Positions 29,736 to 41,339 are shown, numbered from the stretch's first letter. The stretch is DNA of 64,000 nt from Candidatus Latescibacterota bacterium (GCA_965219455.1 OZ244744.1:1664001-1728000); one strand, 5' to 3'. Numbers and translations: made by a program. The notes: generated by a model not told the origin, from the sequence alone.

Positions 29736-30957
29736 GTACCTATTGACTTCTAAACCTGCGCGTGCCTATAGTATGATGTCTCCCCTGAAGACGAAGGAGC
29801 CATCGGCATGCCAAAGAAATACGTTGTACGTCTGACGCCCGAAGAACGGGAGCGTCTGCAGGATCTGGTAAGCAAAGGCAAGACGCAAGCCTACCGAATA
29901 AGGCACGCTCACGTACTTCTCAAGGCCGATGCAGAGGGTCCGGCCTGGCTGGATCGGCAGATCACGGAGGCCTTTTCGTGCAATCGGTCTACGGTTGAGG
30001 GCATCCGGAAGCGTTTTGTGTTGGAGGGACTGGATTCGGCCCTTGAGCGAAAGAAGCGAGCCCATCCTCCCACGGAAAGAAAGCTTGATGGTGCTAAGGA
30101 AGCCCGATTGATCGCGTTGGCTTGCAGTGAACCACCAAAGGGACATAAGCGGTGGACGCTGAAGCTGCTGGCCGATGAGCTCGTGGCCCTGGAGATCATC
30201 GATAGCATCTCATACCGAACGGTGCAGCGGACGCTTAAAAAAACAAACTTAGGCCTCACCTGAGAACGTGCTGGGTGATTCCGCCCAAGCAAAACGCCGC
30301 GTTTGTCGCCGCGATGGAGGATATCTTGGACGTGTATCAGCGGCCGTACGACGCCAAGAGGCCCGTTGTCAATATGGACGAACACCCGGTCCAGTTGGTC
30401 AAGGAGACGCGTCTTCCGGTAGCAACACGTCCGGGCAAACCTGAACGCTACGACTACGAGTATGAACGTAACGGAACAGCCGTGAACTTCATGTTCACCG
30501 AACCGCTTTCGGGTTGGCGCAAGGTCCGTGTAAGAGAACGCAAGACCGCGGTGGACTGGGCCCAAGAGATCAAGGATCTCCTTGATACTCACTACCGTGA
30601 AGCCGAAACCGTCGTCTTGGTGTGTGATAACCTCAACACACACACGCCCGCGGCACTCTACAAGGCGTTCTCACCCGAAGAAGCGCGCCGTCTGGCCAAG
30701 CGTCTCGAAATCCACTACACGCCGAAACACGGGAGCTGGCTCAACATCGCCGAGATCGAACTCAGCGTCTTGAGCAACCAATGCTTGAAGGAACGCATCG
30801 CCGATATCGAATCACTCAAAGAGCAGACTTCCGCCTGGACCAATGATCGCAACAACAAAAGCAAGGCTGTCCATTGGCGGTTCACCACGGACGATGCTCG
30901 GATCAAACTGAGAAAACTGTATCCAGACTACGCCGCGCTTTAGCCGTCAAAGGGTAC
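29736..30957 (+). mobile_element. IS630-family insertion sequence
   Basis: IRs gtacctattgac / gtcaaagggtac; TA duplication within CTAG. Confidence 0.92.
29808..30943 (+). CDS. IS630 transposase (orfA+orfB, -1 programmed frameshift)
   Basis: HTH orfA and DDE orfB (MDE, DNLNTH, HGSWLNIAE) joined via A7C at 30237-30244 to give LKKNKLRPHLRTCWVIPP. Confidence 0.9.
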
Positions 30958-30960
30958 TAG

Positions 30961-32849
30961 TCCTTAAACAAGCGTGACCAGTGAAATTTTTCTGGTCCAA
31001 GAGACCGGAAAGGCCTACCGTTGTTGGAGATAGATGGATTGTGCTAGAAATCATCACTCCAACGCAGGAGACCTTTCCGGTGAAAAGAATATCGGTTGAT
31101 GACAGCCGCAGGAACCGTGCTCGTCGCAAACGCAAAGTGGCCGCCCGCCACGGTCGAGCGGGGCATTGGCAGGCCCAGCGCCGGCCCATGTTCAGTCCTG
31201 GCAAAGTGCACTACGAGGTAGGCGCCTACACCGACGCGATGAGTTACGGAGGCATCGGCGCCGTGCATCGCCTGGTCACCAAGCTGGGTCTGCCCAAGCG
31301 CATCGACGCGTCACTGTCCTTGTTGAAGGTGCATCTGCCCTATCATGAGTCGGACCACGTACTAAACATCACATACAACGTGTTATGCGGCGGCGGCACG
31401 CGCCTGGAGGATATCGAGCGTTTGCGAAGTGACGGGGCCTACATGAATGCCCTGGGCGCCAAGTTGATTCCCGATCCGACCACGGCGGGTGACTTTTGCC
31501 GACGCTTCTCGGAACGGGACATCGTCGAACTGATGGCGTGCATCAACGCGGTGCGATCCTCCTTGTGGGCATCGCGTGGCCGCAAATTGCTTGGTGACAT
31601 CACCTATATCGATGTGGACGGCACAAACGTGCCCACGTATGGCAAGCGCAAGAGGGGTATGGACATCTCTTACCAGGGCATCTGGGGCTACCATCCGCTG
31701 GTGATCTCACTTTCCAACACGAAGGAAGTGCTCTTCCTGGTCAACCGACCGGGGAATGTGCCCAGCCACACCGGTGCGGCACAGTGGATCGACGCGGCCA
31801 TCGACCTGGTGCAGCCCCACGCCAAGCGCATCTGTGTGCGTGGCGACACCGACTTTTTCTTGACTCGACATCTTGATCGCTGGGCCAAAAGCGCGTCGAC
31901 TTCATCTTCGGGATGGACGCCAACGCGGCGATGCGTTCCCGTGCCGAGGCCCTCGACGAGGCACAATGGCAGCCCCTGCAACGCAAACCCCGTTATCACA
32001 CCGTGACCGACCAGAAGCGGAAGCGCAATCAGCCCCACGAGAAACAGCGCATCGTCCACAAGCGGGCCTACGCCAACCTGGTGCTGAACCACGAACACGT
32101 GGCCGAGTTCAACTACCAACCCACGCGCTGTAAACGTGGGTATCGCGTCGTGGTCCTGCGCAAGAACATCAGCAAAATGAAGGGCGACCTTGTCCTGTTC
32201 GACGAATGCCGTTATTTCTTCTATATCACGACACGCACGGACGTGACCCCCCAAGAGATCGTCGCCTGCGCCAACCAACGCTGCGATCAGGAGAACGTCA
32301 TCGAGCAACTCAAAAACGGCGTCAACGCCTTGCGCGTGCCCCTGTATGACCTGGTCAGCAACTGGGCCTATATGGTCATCGCCGCCCTGGCCTGGAACCT
32401 CAAATCCTGGTTTGCCATGATGATGCACAGACACCGTGATCGACAGCAGTACGTCTGCATGGAATTCCGGCGCTTCATCCACAGCATTATCTTGATTCCC
32501 TGCCACGTCATCCAACGCGCGCGCACCACCACGTTACGGCTCATCGGCTATCAACCCACCCTCGATCGCCTCTTCAGCACCTGGCGTATCATTGAACGCA
32601 CCGGATTTGGATAACACCAATGCAGCACCACCGATGACACACAAACGCGGCGCCATCCCCACACCCCTCAACGGACCGGTGTGTCCACCACGCGTCTCAA
32701 CGCCACTTCGGATACTCAATTTACCATAGCGACCACGACAAACACGGCCCTAAAAACCATCCAAAACGCCAATTCCATATAAATCGACACCAACGCCTCA
32801 ACACAAACACAAATCACTGTGGCGCACACGATACTCGCTTATTTTAGGA
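30961..32849 (+). mobile_element. IS1380-family copy with frameshifted transposase
   Basis: Near-identical to 57096-58979; CTAG flanks. Confidence 0.93.
30981..32614 (+). pseudogene. IS1380 transposase, frameshifted
   Basis: Extra GGC (~31390) and extra GC (~31891) relative to the intact copy. Confidence 0.85.
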
Positions 32850-33314
32850 CTAGTCTTATCCGAAAAGTAATCCTTGATGCGTTCCAAATGCTTTGGAAGC
32901 GTGTTGTTCGGTATACGATCCAATGGAAAGTATTCGATCCGGTCCGCCTCGTCGGTGAGCCGGACCGCGCCTCCCGTAACCCGGCAAAAGAAGGAAAATA
33001 CAACCTCGTTTTTATCCGGTTTGCTGTAGATGCCGCTGAGATGGATTGGCACCGCTTTCAAACCCGTTTCTTCTTCAATTTCCCGCACGAGCGCATCCCA
33101 TGGACTCTCGCCCGCCTCAACGCCGCCGCCAGGCAGATTCCACAGATCGAAATCGCGTCGGTGACACAGCAGGACGCGGTCCTCGTCATCGGTGATGATG
33201 CCAAAAACACCGATCGTAAACACGATCACGTTCCTTCCTTCGAATATCTTACAAACCCCATCTATTCGGCCGTCCCGGTTACGCACATCCCGTCGCCTCA
33301 GCCTGGAAAATACA

Positions 33315-33833
33315 TCAGATGAAGTCCAGATACATGCGACTGGGTTGAATGCCCTTGTTGTTCTGGTATTTTGCACTCTTATAGGTCTCGAAGTCCCCTT
33401 CCAGAGTATGGTAGTAAATCTGGCAGATTTCCACGTTCGGATAGATCCGGACCGGCTGAGTGCAGAACATCTCCAGCGTCCAGTAGCCGGCGAACCCCAC
33501 GTCGCCGAAACCCGCGGTAACGTGTACGAACAACCCCAGCCTGCCCACCGACGACCGCCCTTCGAGCATAGGGACATAGTTGTCCGTTCTGGTAAATTCC
33601 GCAGTTCTTCCGAGATAGAGCGTTTGGGGTTGCATCTCGAATCCGGCTTCCGGTATCCGAATGGACCGCGTACGATTCTTCTTTTTCATATCCAGAACGC
33701 CATCCTCGTACACGACGAGTTCATCGGCCAGTGAAAGATTGTAGCTGTTTGGATTGAGCCTGGCCCGATCGAATGGCTCGATAACGATGTCCTTTCCCAT
33801 TCGTGCTTGAATCATCTTTCCCGATAAGATCAT
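33315..33833 (-). CDS. dcd: dCTP deaminase
   Basis: MILSG, LNPNSYNL, EGRSSVGRLG, AGFGDVGFAGYWTLE, KYQ. Confidence 0.95.
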   Translation of the reverse strand: MILSGKMIQARMGKDIVIEPFDRARLNPNSYNLSLADELVVYEDGVLDMKKKNRTRSIRIPEAGFEMQPQTLYLGRTAEFTRTDNYVPMLEGRSSVGRLGLFVHVTAGFGDVGFAGYWTLEMFCTQPVRIYPNVEICQIYYHTLEGDFETYKSAKYQNNKGIQPSRMYLDFI

Positions 33834-34137
33834 TATGTCGGTCCTTATATAATAAAAATAACAATATGCGCTAACGTTACGGGCAATCAAAATGGGACAT
33901 CTCTCGTTGGAATTTACCAACGCATGCGTCGATGTCCAATGGTGTTGTTAGATTTTCCGATCGGCCCTCGTGCGGAATGCGTCCTGGTCGTCGGTTGGGG
34001 CCGATGCTCGCGCCCAACCGTGGATTCAGCCGAGCGATCTACATCTCATCTCTTCCTATCGCCATCAATCCCTCCAGGGGGGAGTGATAAACCGTCGAAC
34101 CAGCTGGCGTTGATACGGCGAACAAGAGCTTGACAGG

Positions 34138-34443
34138 GTGGAGCAGACATTCCTGTCTGCTCACATACAACAATCCGAAACTTCTGAATCCCGTGTCTGG
34201 GCACGCAAGACGCGCCGCCGCCGCTGGAAAAAGGACGGCGCTATCTATTGGATCACCTTTAGCCTCGCTGACGCGATCCCCCGGGACAAACGCCGCGCCT
34301 TCCAGGAAGCGCGTAAGCTGTGGCTCAAGCGACACAACGAGTATTGGCACTATAAAAAAGGCTACGCGAACTTTTCTTCTGCCTGCGTTGCGGCAGATGG
34401 ACAATGAGAAGGGCAGACAGGAATGTCTGCCCCACCTTCACAC
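34138..34443 (+). mobile_element. Internally deleted REP-associated tyrosine transposase (RAYT) locus flanked by inverted REPs
   Basis: REP 34138-34164 and inverted REP 34411-34443 bracket RRRWKKDGAIYWITFSLADAIP...WLKRH (RAYT N-terminus; HUH part missing). Confidence 0.75.
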
Positions 34444-34959
34444 CCACTTCCTCAGCGGCCCGGCCAGCCATTATGCGGCGGTGGAGTTGATTGATTCGCG
34501 AATAAAGCAGCTAACCGTGACAATTCATGAGTTAATCAGGCTAAGTCACACCGGCAGCTTCCACCGCATTACAGTCCGGGCCGACGAGTGACTGACGCAT
34601 TTTGCGGATAATTCGCCGGCGCATTATAGAGACTTGCAGTTTCGGTTGCGCCTGCCTGCCGTGCCGGCCACGGCGCAGGCAGGCCTGAGCATACCGAGGC
34701 CGTGCTGGTGGTGATCGAATGACGCCTTCCTTCTCTTAGACCCGCCGCACCGGCCAGTTCCCGCTTAACCAATAATCCATCCATCGATACGCCAAATACA
34801 CCCGGGCAACCCTCAGCGCATCACCATGCGGGGGTTGCCCGGATACGTATGGAGCGTGCAGCGGCAATCGCTTTCCCTTTATGGACTCAAGCGCGTCTCT
34901 CCGCGCCGCGAAGTTCGCGATGCGACCCATCCGGGCGTCCTCTTCGAGGCCACGTCTCC

Positions 34960-35232
34960 TCAAGCCACGTCCAATACCGCCTGTGGGTTCCTGGCCGCGA
35001 TCATCAGCAGTGTACAGGCGGCGCCGGATGGACGACGACGCGCCTGTTCCCAATCCTGCAGTGTTCGAACCGATACGCCCAGCAATTCGGCGAACTGAAC
35101 CTGGGACAGACCGGCTTTCTTTCGAATTTATATGATATTCGGCACGTTGATCACCCTACCGTGCTCGCTTCGCTTGAGTTCTCGAAGCCCATCGAGAATC
35201 TCTCGGCCCACGTCTCGTTTAACCTCGTTCAT
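34960..35232 (-). pseudogene. HigA2/NadS-like XRE antitoxin with internal stop
   Basis: MNEVKRDVGREILDGLRE...NII*IRKKAGLSQVQFAELLGVSVRTLQDWEQARRRPSGAA; TAA at 35128-35130. Confidence 0.85.
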
Positions 35233-36053
35233 TTCTGTCTATTCTCCTCCAGCCAGCCGACTGCGAAATCCACAACATCGCGCTGCGGCATGAGTTGGCA
35301 ACTCGCAAGACCGACCCTGCCCCGACGCACCATTTTCCCCTTGTCCGACCGCAGAAAATCCTCACCTATGCGATCGAAATCCGAACTATCCGGTTCGACT
35401 TCCTCAAAGGTAGTCCATTTCCTTAAACCTGACGCAGAGATCGGAGCACCCTCCTGCACAATGCGCCTGGATGGAAAATTCGCCCGGTATTCCGCAAGGT
35501 GCATGGAGGTATTCACACCATGACTCACACCGAGAAGAAGGACAAGACCGTGCAAATCGTAGATTCTCGCAAGCGGCGAATGCTCGCCCATGCCGAAAGC
35601 CAGTGAATGATCGTCCACGATTTGCAATGCTTGAGGGCCGTATGCACAAAACGAGGCCTGCGGGTGCGAACTACGGAGAACCCCTCTCTGCTTGCGGAAG
35701 GTCTCCGCGATAATGCCCATACAGTGAGTTGGCGTGGACGCGTGATCAAAAGCCGGCATGTTCTCGCGTATAACCGGCCACCACGACTCGGGCACAGGAG
35801 GATTTTCCCACTTGCCCGGCTCACTTAATCCGGATGAGTGCGCAGGCATCACGAGCGTTCCGGTGGATCCCAGGACTCTCTGAAGAGCAGCGACGACCGC
35901 CACGGCTCCTCCGCACACCCATCCCATTGCGCTCAAGGATGAATGCGCCAATACGACCATCCCCGGTCTGACGCCAAGCGCGCGAAGGTCCGCCTGCAAC
36001 GATTCAATCGTCGCAGGCGTTTCGGTCCTTTCAACGACCTTGCTTTCACTCAT
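35229..36053 (-). CDS. AAC(3)/YokD-family N-acetyltransferase
   Basis: HSSLSAMGWVCGG, GTLVMPA, RSSHP, NTSMHLAE. Confidence 0.93.
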   Translation of the reverse strand: MSESKVVERTETPATIESLQADLRALGVRPGMVVLAHSSLSAMGWVCGGAVAVVAALQRVLGSTGTLVMPAHSSGLSEPGKWENPPVPESWWPVIRENMPAFDHASTPTHCMGIIAETFRKQRGVLRSSHPQASFCAYGPQALQIVDDHSLAFGMGEHSPLARIYDLHGLVLLLGVSHGVNTSMHLAEYRANFPSRRIVQEGAPISASGLRKWTTFEEVEPDSSDFDRIGEDFLRSDKGKMVRRGRVGLASCQLMPQRDVVDFAVGWLEENRQK

Positions 36054-36076
36054 TTTTCGTATTCCATATATGCCAC

Positions 36077-36195
36077 CTATTTCGCGGCGATCGCGACGAT
36101 CTCTACGAGCGTGGCACCCTCCAGTTTGACCTCCACACAGGCGCGCTGGGGCCATTGATCCGGCCCGATCCAGGCGTCCCAGACCTCGTTGAGGA
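36077..36195 (-). pseudogene. RidA-family C-terminal remnant
   Basis: LNEVWDAWIG..PQRACVEVKL...VEIVAIAAK; N-terminus replaced by a REP. Confidence 0.75.
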
Positions 36196-36200
36196 TGGGT

Positions 36201-36230
36201 GTGTGAAGGTGGGGCAGACATTCCTGTCTG
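36201..36230 (+). repeat. GTGG-tagged REP copy
   Basis: gtgtgaaggtggggcagacattcctgtctg. Confidence 0.85.
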
Positions 36231-36536
36231 GGTGCGGTGACCTGCCCGCGCCGCGTTGGGCGCGGCAGGCAAGCACACACGCAGGCTGGTCAGGACGCGC
36301 CCGTCGAAGGCGCCTTCCATCTTCTCGCCACGCAACAAAAATCCTATATTGGGGCAGTCGAAACTGCTTCATTTGTGAGTTGCACGTTCCAGGGCGGTGT
36401 CTGTCCAGGCAACTCAAGGTCGTTCACGCTTTTTTCTCTACTTCGGATTTTAAACCTATGTCGCTGTTGACGTTCAAATTGCTTGCCGCCGTCATCCCCC
36501 TCCCGAAATTGGACGCGCGACCGGTTTCCCATTCGG

Positions 36537-38471
36537 CTACACGTAATTCTCCAACCACGACAACATCCTGTCGAGATATTCCACGTGCAGCGCCGGGTGT
36601 CCGTTCCTCCTGAACCCGTGAGACGACTTCGGAAAGCGCACCAACTCCACGGTCTTACCCTGTCGCTTCAGCGCGACGAAAAACTGCTCGGCCTGCTCGA
36701 TCGGACAGCGGTAGTCCTCCTCGCCGTGCATCAGCAACACCGGCGTACGCACCTCCGATGCGTACGTCAGCGGCGACCGATTCACAAGCGCTTCCACGTT
36801 CTCCAGGACCGAACCTCCCCACTGATTCTCTCCGAACGACACCCCGATATCCGACGTCCCGTACATACTGTGCAAATTGATGCACGGAGCACCGATCACG
36901 GCCGCCTTGAACCGATGGTCGTGACCGACGATCCAACTGCTCATAAAACCGCCGTAACTGTATCCGTGAACCCCCAACCGGTCCGAATCCACGTAGGGCC
37001 GCTCGCACAGCAGGTCAACACCAGCCATCAGATCCAGGAAATCTTCTCCGCCCCAGTCCCCCAGCACCGCCTTCAGAAAATCCGGCCCGTATGACGACGA
37101 CCCCCTTGGATTCACAGCCAGCACGATATACCCCGCGCCCGCCAGCATCTGATGCGTAACGTCGTACGAATCCGAAAAACGCCCGTTCGGGCCCCCGTGA
37201 ATATCCAGCACCAACGGATATGACCTCGCATCATCGAAATCCCGGGGAAACATCACGCGCGCCTGAATCTTCTCGCCGCCCCGCTCGAACATCAGCTTCT
37301 CCACGCGCGCACCGGGGTAAGCCTCCAATAACCCCGCGTTCACGGCCGTCACGACGCGCTGACGCTTCGCGCCCACCTCCAGCATCGCCACGTCGCACGG
37401 ACAGGCTGGGGAGGACATCAACATGGCGACGCACGCGCCGGCGTGATCAACCGACAGACCCGTAAGTTCCTGACCGCCTCCGTCCACAACTTCGATCCGT
37501 GGCGCAGACCCATCGAGATTCACCCGGCACAAGAACGATTCGCCTGCTCTATCACCGATGAAAAATATCCCACCCTTCGGCGTCCAGCACCGCGGCGCAA
37601 GAGGCTGCGCAACCGTATACACGTCACCCGCCACGCACGCCGGCTTCCCGGCTTCCTCGAGCACAAACAGCCACGATTGCCTTGAATCCCACACGTCCGC
37701 GTGGTGAGAACCCGCGGCCGCCAGCCGCTTTCCATCCGGCGACCACGCCACGGACTCCGCACGGCTCAGTCCCCGCGACCAGCAACGCGACGTCCCACCG
37801 GCCTTTTCCATCACATGGACCTCTGAACCCCGCACGAAATCGCGCCCCGGAACGCTGTCGGTCACAAATGCAATTCGGCTTCCGTCCGGAGACCACGCCG
37901 GCGCCTCGTGATTGCCCTCCCCATCCGTAATCCGTTCCGCCTCGCCGGTTACGGCATCCACCAGAAACAACTGCGAAAACGCGTCACCCCGCCAGCCGTC
38001 TCCATCATCGCGGTATCGCACGCGGCGGGCGACGCGGGTCCTCGGCATCGTCTCCTCATCGTGGTCTTCCGGCGCGCGGTCCGGATCCACTCGCGACACA
38101 ACGACAAATTCCGAACCATCGGGCGACCACGCCATATCCTTCACCCCATCGGGAAGCGTCGTCACCTGTCTCGCGTCCCCTCCATCAACCTGCATCACCC
38201 AGACCTGCCTTTTATCATCCTCTCCCGAACGCAAAAAAGCCAGTGTCTTCCCGTCTGACGAGAGTCCGGGCGCCCCATCCCCCGGCCCTTCGGTCACATC
38301 GAATGGCGTACCGCCCTCAAGCGACTGCATGACGATCCTCGACTCCCGCTTCATCGTCTCTCTACTGATCTCCTGCCGCACAAAGACCAGGGCCGAACCG
38401 TCCGCCGCGATATGCACATCCGATACGCCGATCAGATCGTACGTTTGTCCCGGTTTAATTGACGACGACAT
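36537..38471 (-). CDS. S9 family (acylaminoacyl) peptidase
   Basis: WSPDG propeller repeats, IHGGP, GYSYGG, GEEDYRC, SSH. Confidence 0.95.
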   Translation of the reverse strand: MSSSIKPGQTYDLIGVSDVHIAADGSALVFVRQEISRETMKRESRIVMQSLEGGTPFDVTEGPGDGAPGLSSDGKTLAFLRSGEDDKRQVWVMQVDGGDARQVTTLPDGVKDMAWSPDGSEFVVVSRVDPDRAPEDHDEETMPRTRVARRVRYRDDGDGWRGDAFSQLFLVDAVTGEAERITDGEGNHEAPAWSPDGSRIAFVTDSVPGRDFVRGSEVHVMEKAGGTSRCWSRGLSRAESVAWSPDGKRLAAAGSHHADVWDSRQSWLFVLEEAGKPACVAGDVYTVAQPLAPRCWTPKGGIFFIGDRAGESFLCRVNLDGSAPRIEVVDGGGQELTGLSVDHAGACVAMLMSSPACPCDVAMLEVGAKRQRVVTAVNAGLLEAYPGARVEKLMFERGGEKIQARVMFPRDFDDARSYPLVLDIHGGPNGRFSDSYDVTHQMLAGAGYIVLAVNPRGSSSYGPDFLKAVLGDWGGEDFLDLMAGVDLLCERPYVDSDRLGVHGYSYGGFMSSWIVGHDHRFKAAVIGAPCINLHSMYGTSDIGVSFGENQWGGSVLENVEALVNRSPLTYASEVRTPVLLMHGEEDYRCPIEQAEQFFVALKRQGKTVELVRFPKSSHGFRRNGHPALHVEYLDRMLSWLENYV

Positions 38472-38491
38472 ATCCGTCTCCCAATATCATA

Positions 38492-39646
38492 TCACTCTCC
38501 ACCTGTGCGTCGGGACGTGTAGACCCGGCCGCCCTTGACGACCGCCACCGGTACCAGACTCCGCACGCCTGTCCGAACTTCCCCTCTCGAGTCCTCGAGG
38601 CGAAAGCCTCCTTCACGCAACTCAAGCACGACGGCATCACCGAACGCACCCTTCGCCAGCGTACCCACCTCACCCTTCATTCCGATGACCTCGGCAGGCA
38701 CAGACGTCACACGCGAAATCGCCTCCTCCAACGACAGACCCAGGTGCAGAAATTTCGTCACCACGGACGCGAGATCGTAAACGGGCCCGTTTACATTGTA
38801 AATGTGCAGATCCGATGAAATCGTGGTTGGCAGGACATCCTGTGACTGCGCCGCCTCAACGACTTCCCACGAAAAAGACCCCGCGCCGTGTCCCACGTCG
38901 AACACAACACCCCGCTCAATCGCTTCCAGGACCGAATCGCGAACCCGACCCTCACCATTGAGAATCCCGCACGGAAAGTCGTGAAAGCAATGCGTTAGAA
39001 TATCTCCGCCTTTCATCACCTTCAAGATATCGTCAATCGAATCGCACCACGCATCCTGCGGATGCACCATAATGGGCAATCCGACCGCATCTGCCGCTTC
39101 CCGTGCCCTGTGGAGAGGGAGCATTCCGGACCGCTCGCTGACAATTGTATGCCTCGTAAGCCGAACCTTCACACCCAGAACGACGTCGCGATGCCGCTCG
39201 ATCATGCGGCATGCCTTATCCACATCCGCGTATTCGGGAATCTCAAACTCGCCGATCTCAGCTGTGAGCATACCCTGCGACGAGATATTCATCTGCGCCA
39301 GAATCCGCGTCTCACTCACATCGATCACGTATTTCCGGAAACCCGGAAAAATATCTGCGCCCGCGGATCCCGCGTCGACCACGGTCGTCGCCCCTCGAGC
39401 GAGACACGTGGGATCGGGTTCAATGCCGAAATGACTGACGCCGGCAAACACATGGACGTGAAGATCGATCAGGCCAGGCGTCACCACGCAACCCGTCGCG
39501 TCGATCACCTCGCGGGCGTCTCCACTTTCGAGACACTCGCCGACCGCGACAACCCTCCCTGCCGCGAACCCCACGTCCCGCGCGCCACTCAGGTTCTCCG
39601 CCGGATCGACCAGCGTCCCTCCCTTTATGAGCAGATCGTACTTCAT
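38492..39646 (-). CDS. Amidohydrolase/deacetylase (dihydroorotase-like) metallohydrolase
   Basis: PGLIDLHVH, DAGSAG, LTHCFH, DVGHG, ISSDLH. Confidence 0.92.
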   Translation of the reverse strand: MKYDLLIKGGTLVDPAENLSGARDVGFAAGRVVAVGECLESGDAREVIDATGCVVTPGLIDLHVHVFAGVSHFGIEPDPTCLARGATTVVDAGSAGADIFPGFRKYVIDVSETRILAQMNISSQGMLTAEIGEFEIPEYADVDKACRMIERHRDVVLGVKVRLTRHTIVSERSGMLPLHRAREAADAVGLPIMVHPQDAWCDSIDDILKVMKGGDILTHCFHDFPCGILNGEGRVRDSVLEAIERGVVFDVGHGAGSFSWEVVEAAQSQDVLPTTISSDLHIYNVNGPVYDLASVVTKFLHLGLSLEEAISRVTSVPAEVIGMKGEVGTLAKGAFGDAVVLELREGGFRLEDSRGEVRTGVRSLVPVAVVKGGRVYTSRRTGGE

Positions 39647-39718
39647 ACCAGACTCCATTCCCTTGAGAAACATCCGTACTCCGTCAGTCACCGGGCGTGT
39701 CCGAGCGACATCGACCCC

Positions 39719-40600
39719 TCAAGTCAAAACGTCCGGGACCCCGGAGTACGTGAATTCAAATGCCAACGCATCCCCCACAGGCGAATAACCTACTTTGGAA
39801 TAGATGCTATTCGATGTCGGATTCGATAGGTCAGTATATAGGCTGCAGAACGAATAGCGATCCGAGAGCAGCTTCTTCGTCAGCGACCAGACGCACGAAG
39901 TCGCGTAGCCCCTGTTGCGATGCTCCGAAGGCGTGTACACCCCATTGATGTTGATCCCATTTCTGGTCGCATGGGACGTCTTCGCGATGGAAACCGGCCC
40001 ACCGCAATCCCAGATGTACAGCTGTTCAGCCTGAATAAACCGCTCGGCGCCGCGAACGGCCGCTTCCAAATCTGCCGGTTCGCCGATCGCCTCCGAAAAC
40101 TCGGCAATCCATTTCGCCATCAGAGGTTGATCGTCCATACCAGCCGGGCGCAAGAATCCATCGGAAAGAGGCACGTCGGCGACCTCTCTGATCTCAAATA
40201 CACGCATGCTCATGGCCAGACTGGAAGATACGCCGCGTGCGTTTCCGGTCCGGAAGTCGGAAAATGCGCGAGCTTCCTCCGCCGGCCCGACCACACCAGG
40301 TATTGAGACCTCGTTTTCCCGCAAATGACGAATCAGGGGAACCACCGAACCCTCAATATTCGCATCGATTCTGCTCAGGATGAGTTTTCTTCCCTGCGTC
40401 CCGATAGCTACGCCAACTGCTCGACCGTGATCCAGGATACTCAATAGTAGTGGTGGTTCATTGCCGTAGCGTTGCGGATTCATGGCAAGCCCGTACATCA
40501 GGCCGAGCGGCAGATTATGCTCACTCTCTCGCGTTTCCAGGTACGCGGCAGAACGGGAAATAAAATCATCGGCGCAGTCGTGAGATAATATCTCAATCAC
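39719..40600 (-). CDS. GNAT N-acetyltransferase
   Basis: VYTPSEHRNRGYA, LYTDLSNPTSNSIY. Confidence 0.92.
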   Translation of the reverse strand: MIEILSHDCADDFISRSAAYLETRESEHNLPLGLMYGLAMNPQRYGNEPPLLLSILDHGRAVGVAIGTQGRKLILSRIDANIEGSVVPLIRHLRENEVSIPGVVGPAEEARAFSDFRTGNARGVSSSLAMSMRVFEIREVADVPLSDGFLRPAGMDDQPLMAKWIAEFSEAIGEPADLEAAVRGAERFIQAEQLYIWDCGGPVSIAKTSHATRNGININGVYTPSEHRNRGYATSCVWSLTKKLLSDRYSFCSLYTDLSNPTSNSIYSKVGYSPVGDALAFEFTYSGVPDVLT

Positions 40601-40724
40601 CGTATTTCCCTTGTGCTCCGGAGGCGAACGTATGCTGGTTTGCGGACAACCTGGGAGGCGCCCCGTAAAGCCGAACTGCGTCGTGCCCGACAGAATGTGC
40701 TGGTCGTCTACGTATTTCGCGGCA

Positions 40725-41339
40725 TCAGGGCAGGATCTGTCTGCTCTCCAGATCGATCCTCAATAGACGGGCGTCACGAAAGTGGATGGACGGCAGGCCG
40801 ACCGATTCCGCGTTCCTCACGTTCTGGATTCGATCGTCGATGAACAGACACTCCCCCGGTTCGAAGCCGAGTACGTCGAGGACGTCCGGGAAGACCGTTG
40901 GATCCGATTTGGTCTTGCCCAATTCGTACGAGTAGAAACGCTCGTCGAATACGTCCAGAAACGCATGAATCGACCTGATGTAACGGACCCACTCGCGAAC
41001 GTGGTCCGATAGCATGACAACGCGATGACTCCTGGCGACCTCGCGCAGAATGTCGAGCGATCCCTCGATCCGGACGTGGAAGTTATCCCTGAGCATTCGT
41101 TTGAGCGACTCCAGGTCCAGGTTCCAACCCGTTCGTTCCAGAATCCCGCCCAGGTAGGCATCCTCGGAAATTCTTCCTTCCAGGACCTGAATCAGAGGAC
41201 CTCCCGCGAAACAATTCAATATACCGTCCACGGGTATGGATAGGCGCCGGGAAACCCGCCTTTCAATGCCGGGAAGCCCTGCGATGAAAACCTCTGATAG
41301 ATCGAAGATGATGCAGCGAGGATGGCTCTGGTTTTTCAT
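40725..41339 (-). CDS. HAD-family hydrolase
   Basis: IFDLSEV, K.DP, LFIDD..NV. Confidence 0.88.
   Translation of the reverse strand: MKNQSHPRCIIFDLSEVFIAGLPGIERRVSRRLSIPVDGILNCFAGGPLIQVLEGRISEDAYLGGILERTGWNLDLESLKRMLRDNFHVRIEGSLDILREVARSHRVVMLSDHVREWVRYIRSIHAFLDVFDERFYSYELGKTKSDPTVFPDVLDVLGFEPGECLFIDDRIQNVRNAESVGLPSIHFRDARLLRIDLESRQILP

Larger units (their letters stand above)
29669..33229 (-). pseudogene. NUDIX hydrolase split near its C-terminus by IS1380 plus IS630
   Basis: PGGGVEAGESPWDALVREIEEETG; rejoining at CTAG gives DKT-RTHYKVQTGPSAIELISEGKM*. Confidence 0.85.

Noticed and set aside
4230-35232. In-frame stops as recoding (Sec/Pyl or alternative genetic code)
   Set aside because: Stops are a mix of TGA, TAA and TAG at non-catalytic positions, and all three terminate intact genes; simple decay is more likely
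35229-36053. Antibiotic-resistance island (AAC(3), APH, beta-lactamase)
   Set aside because: These are broad-family homologues (YokD-like, APH-fold, serine hydrolase) with no integron or resistance-specific evidence
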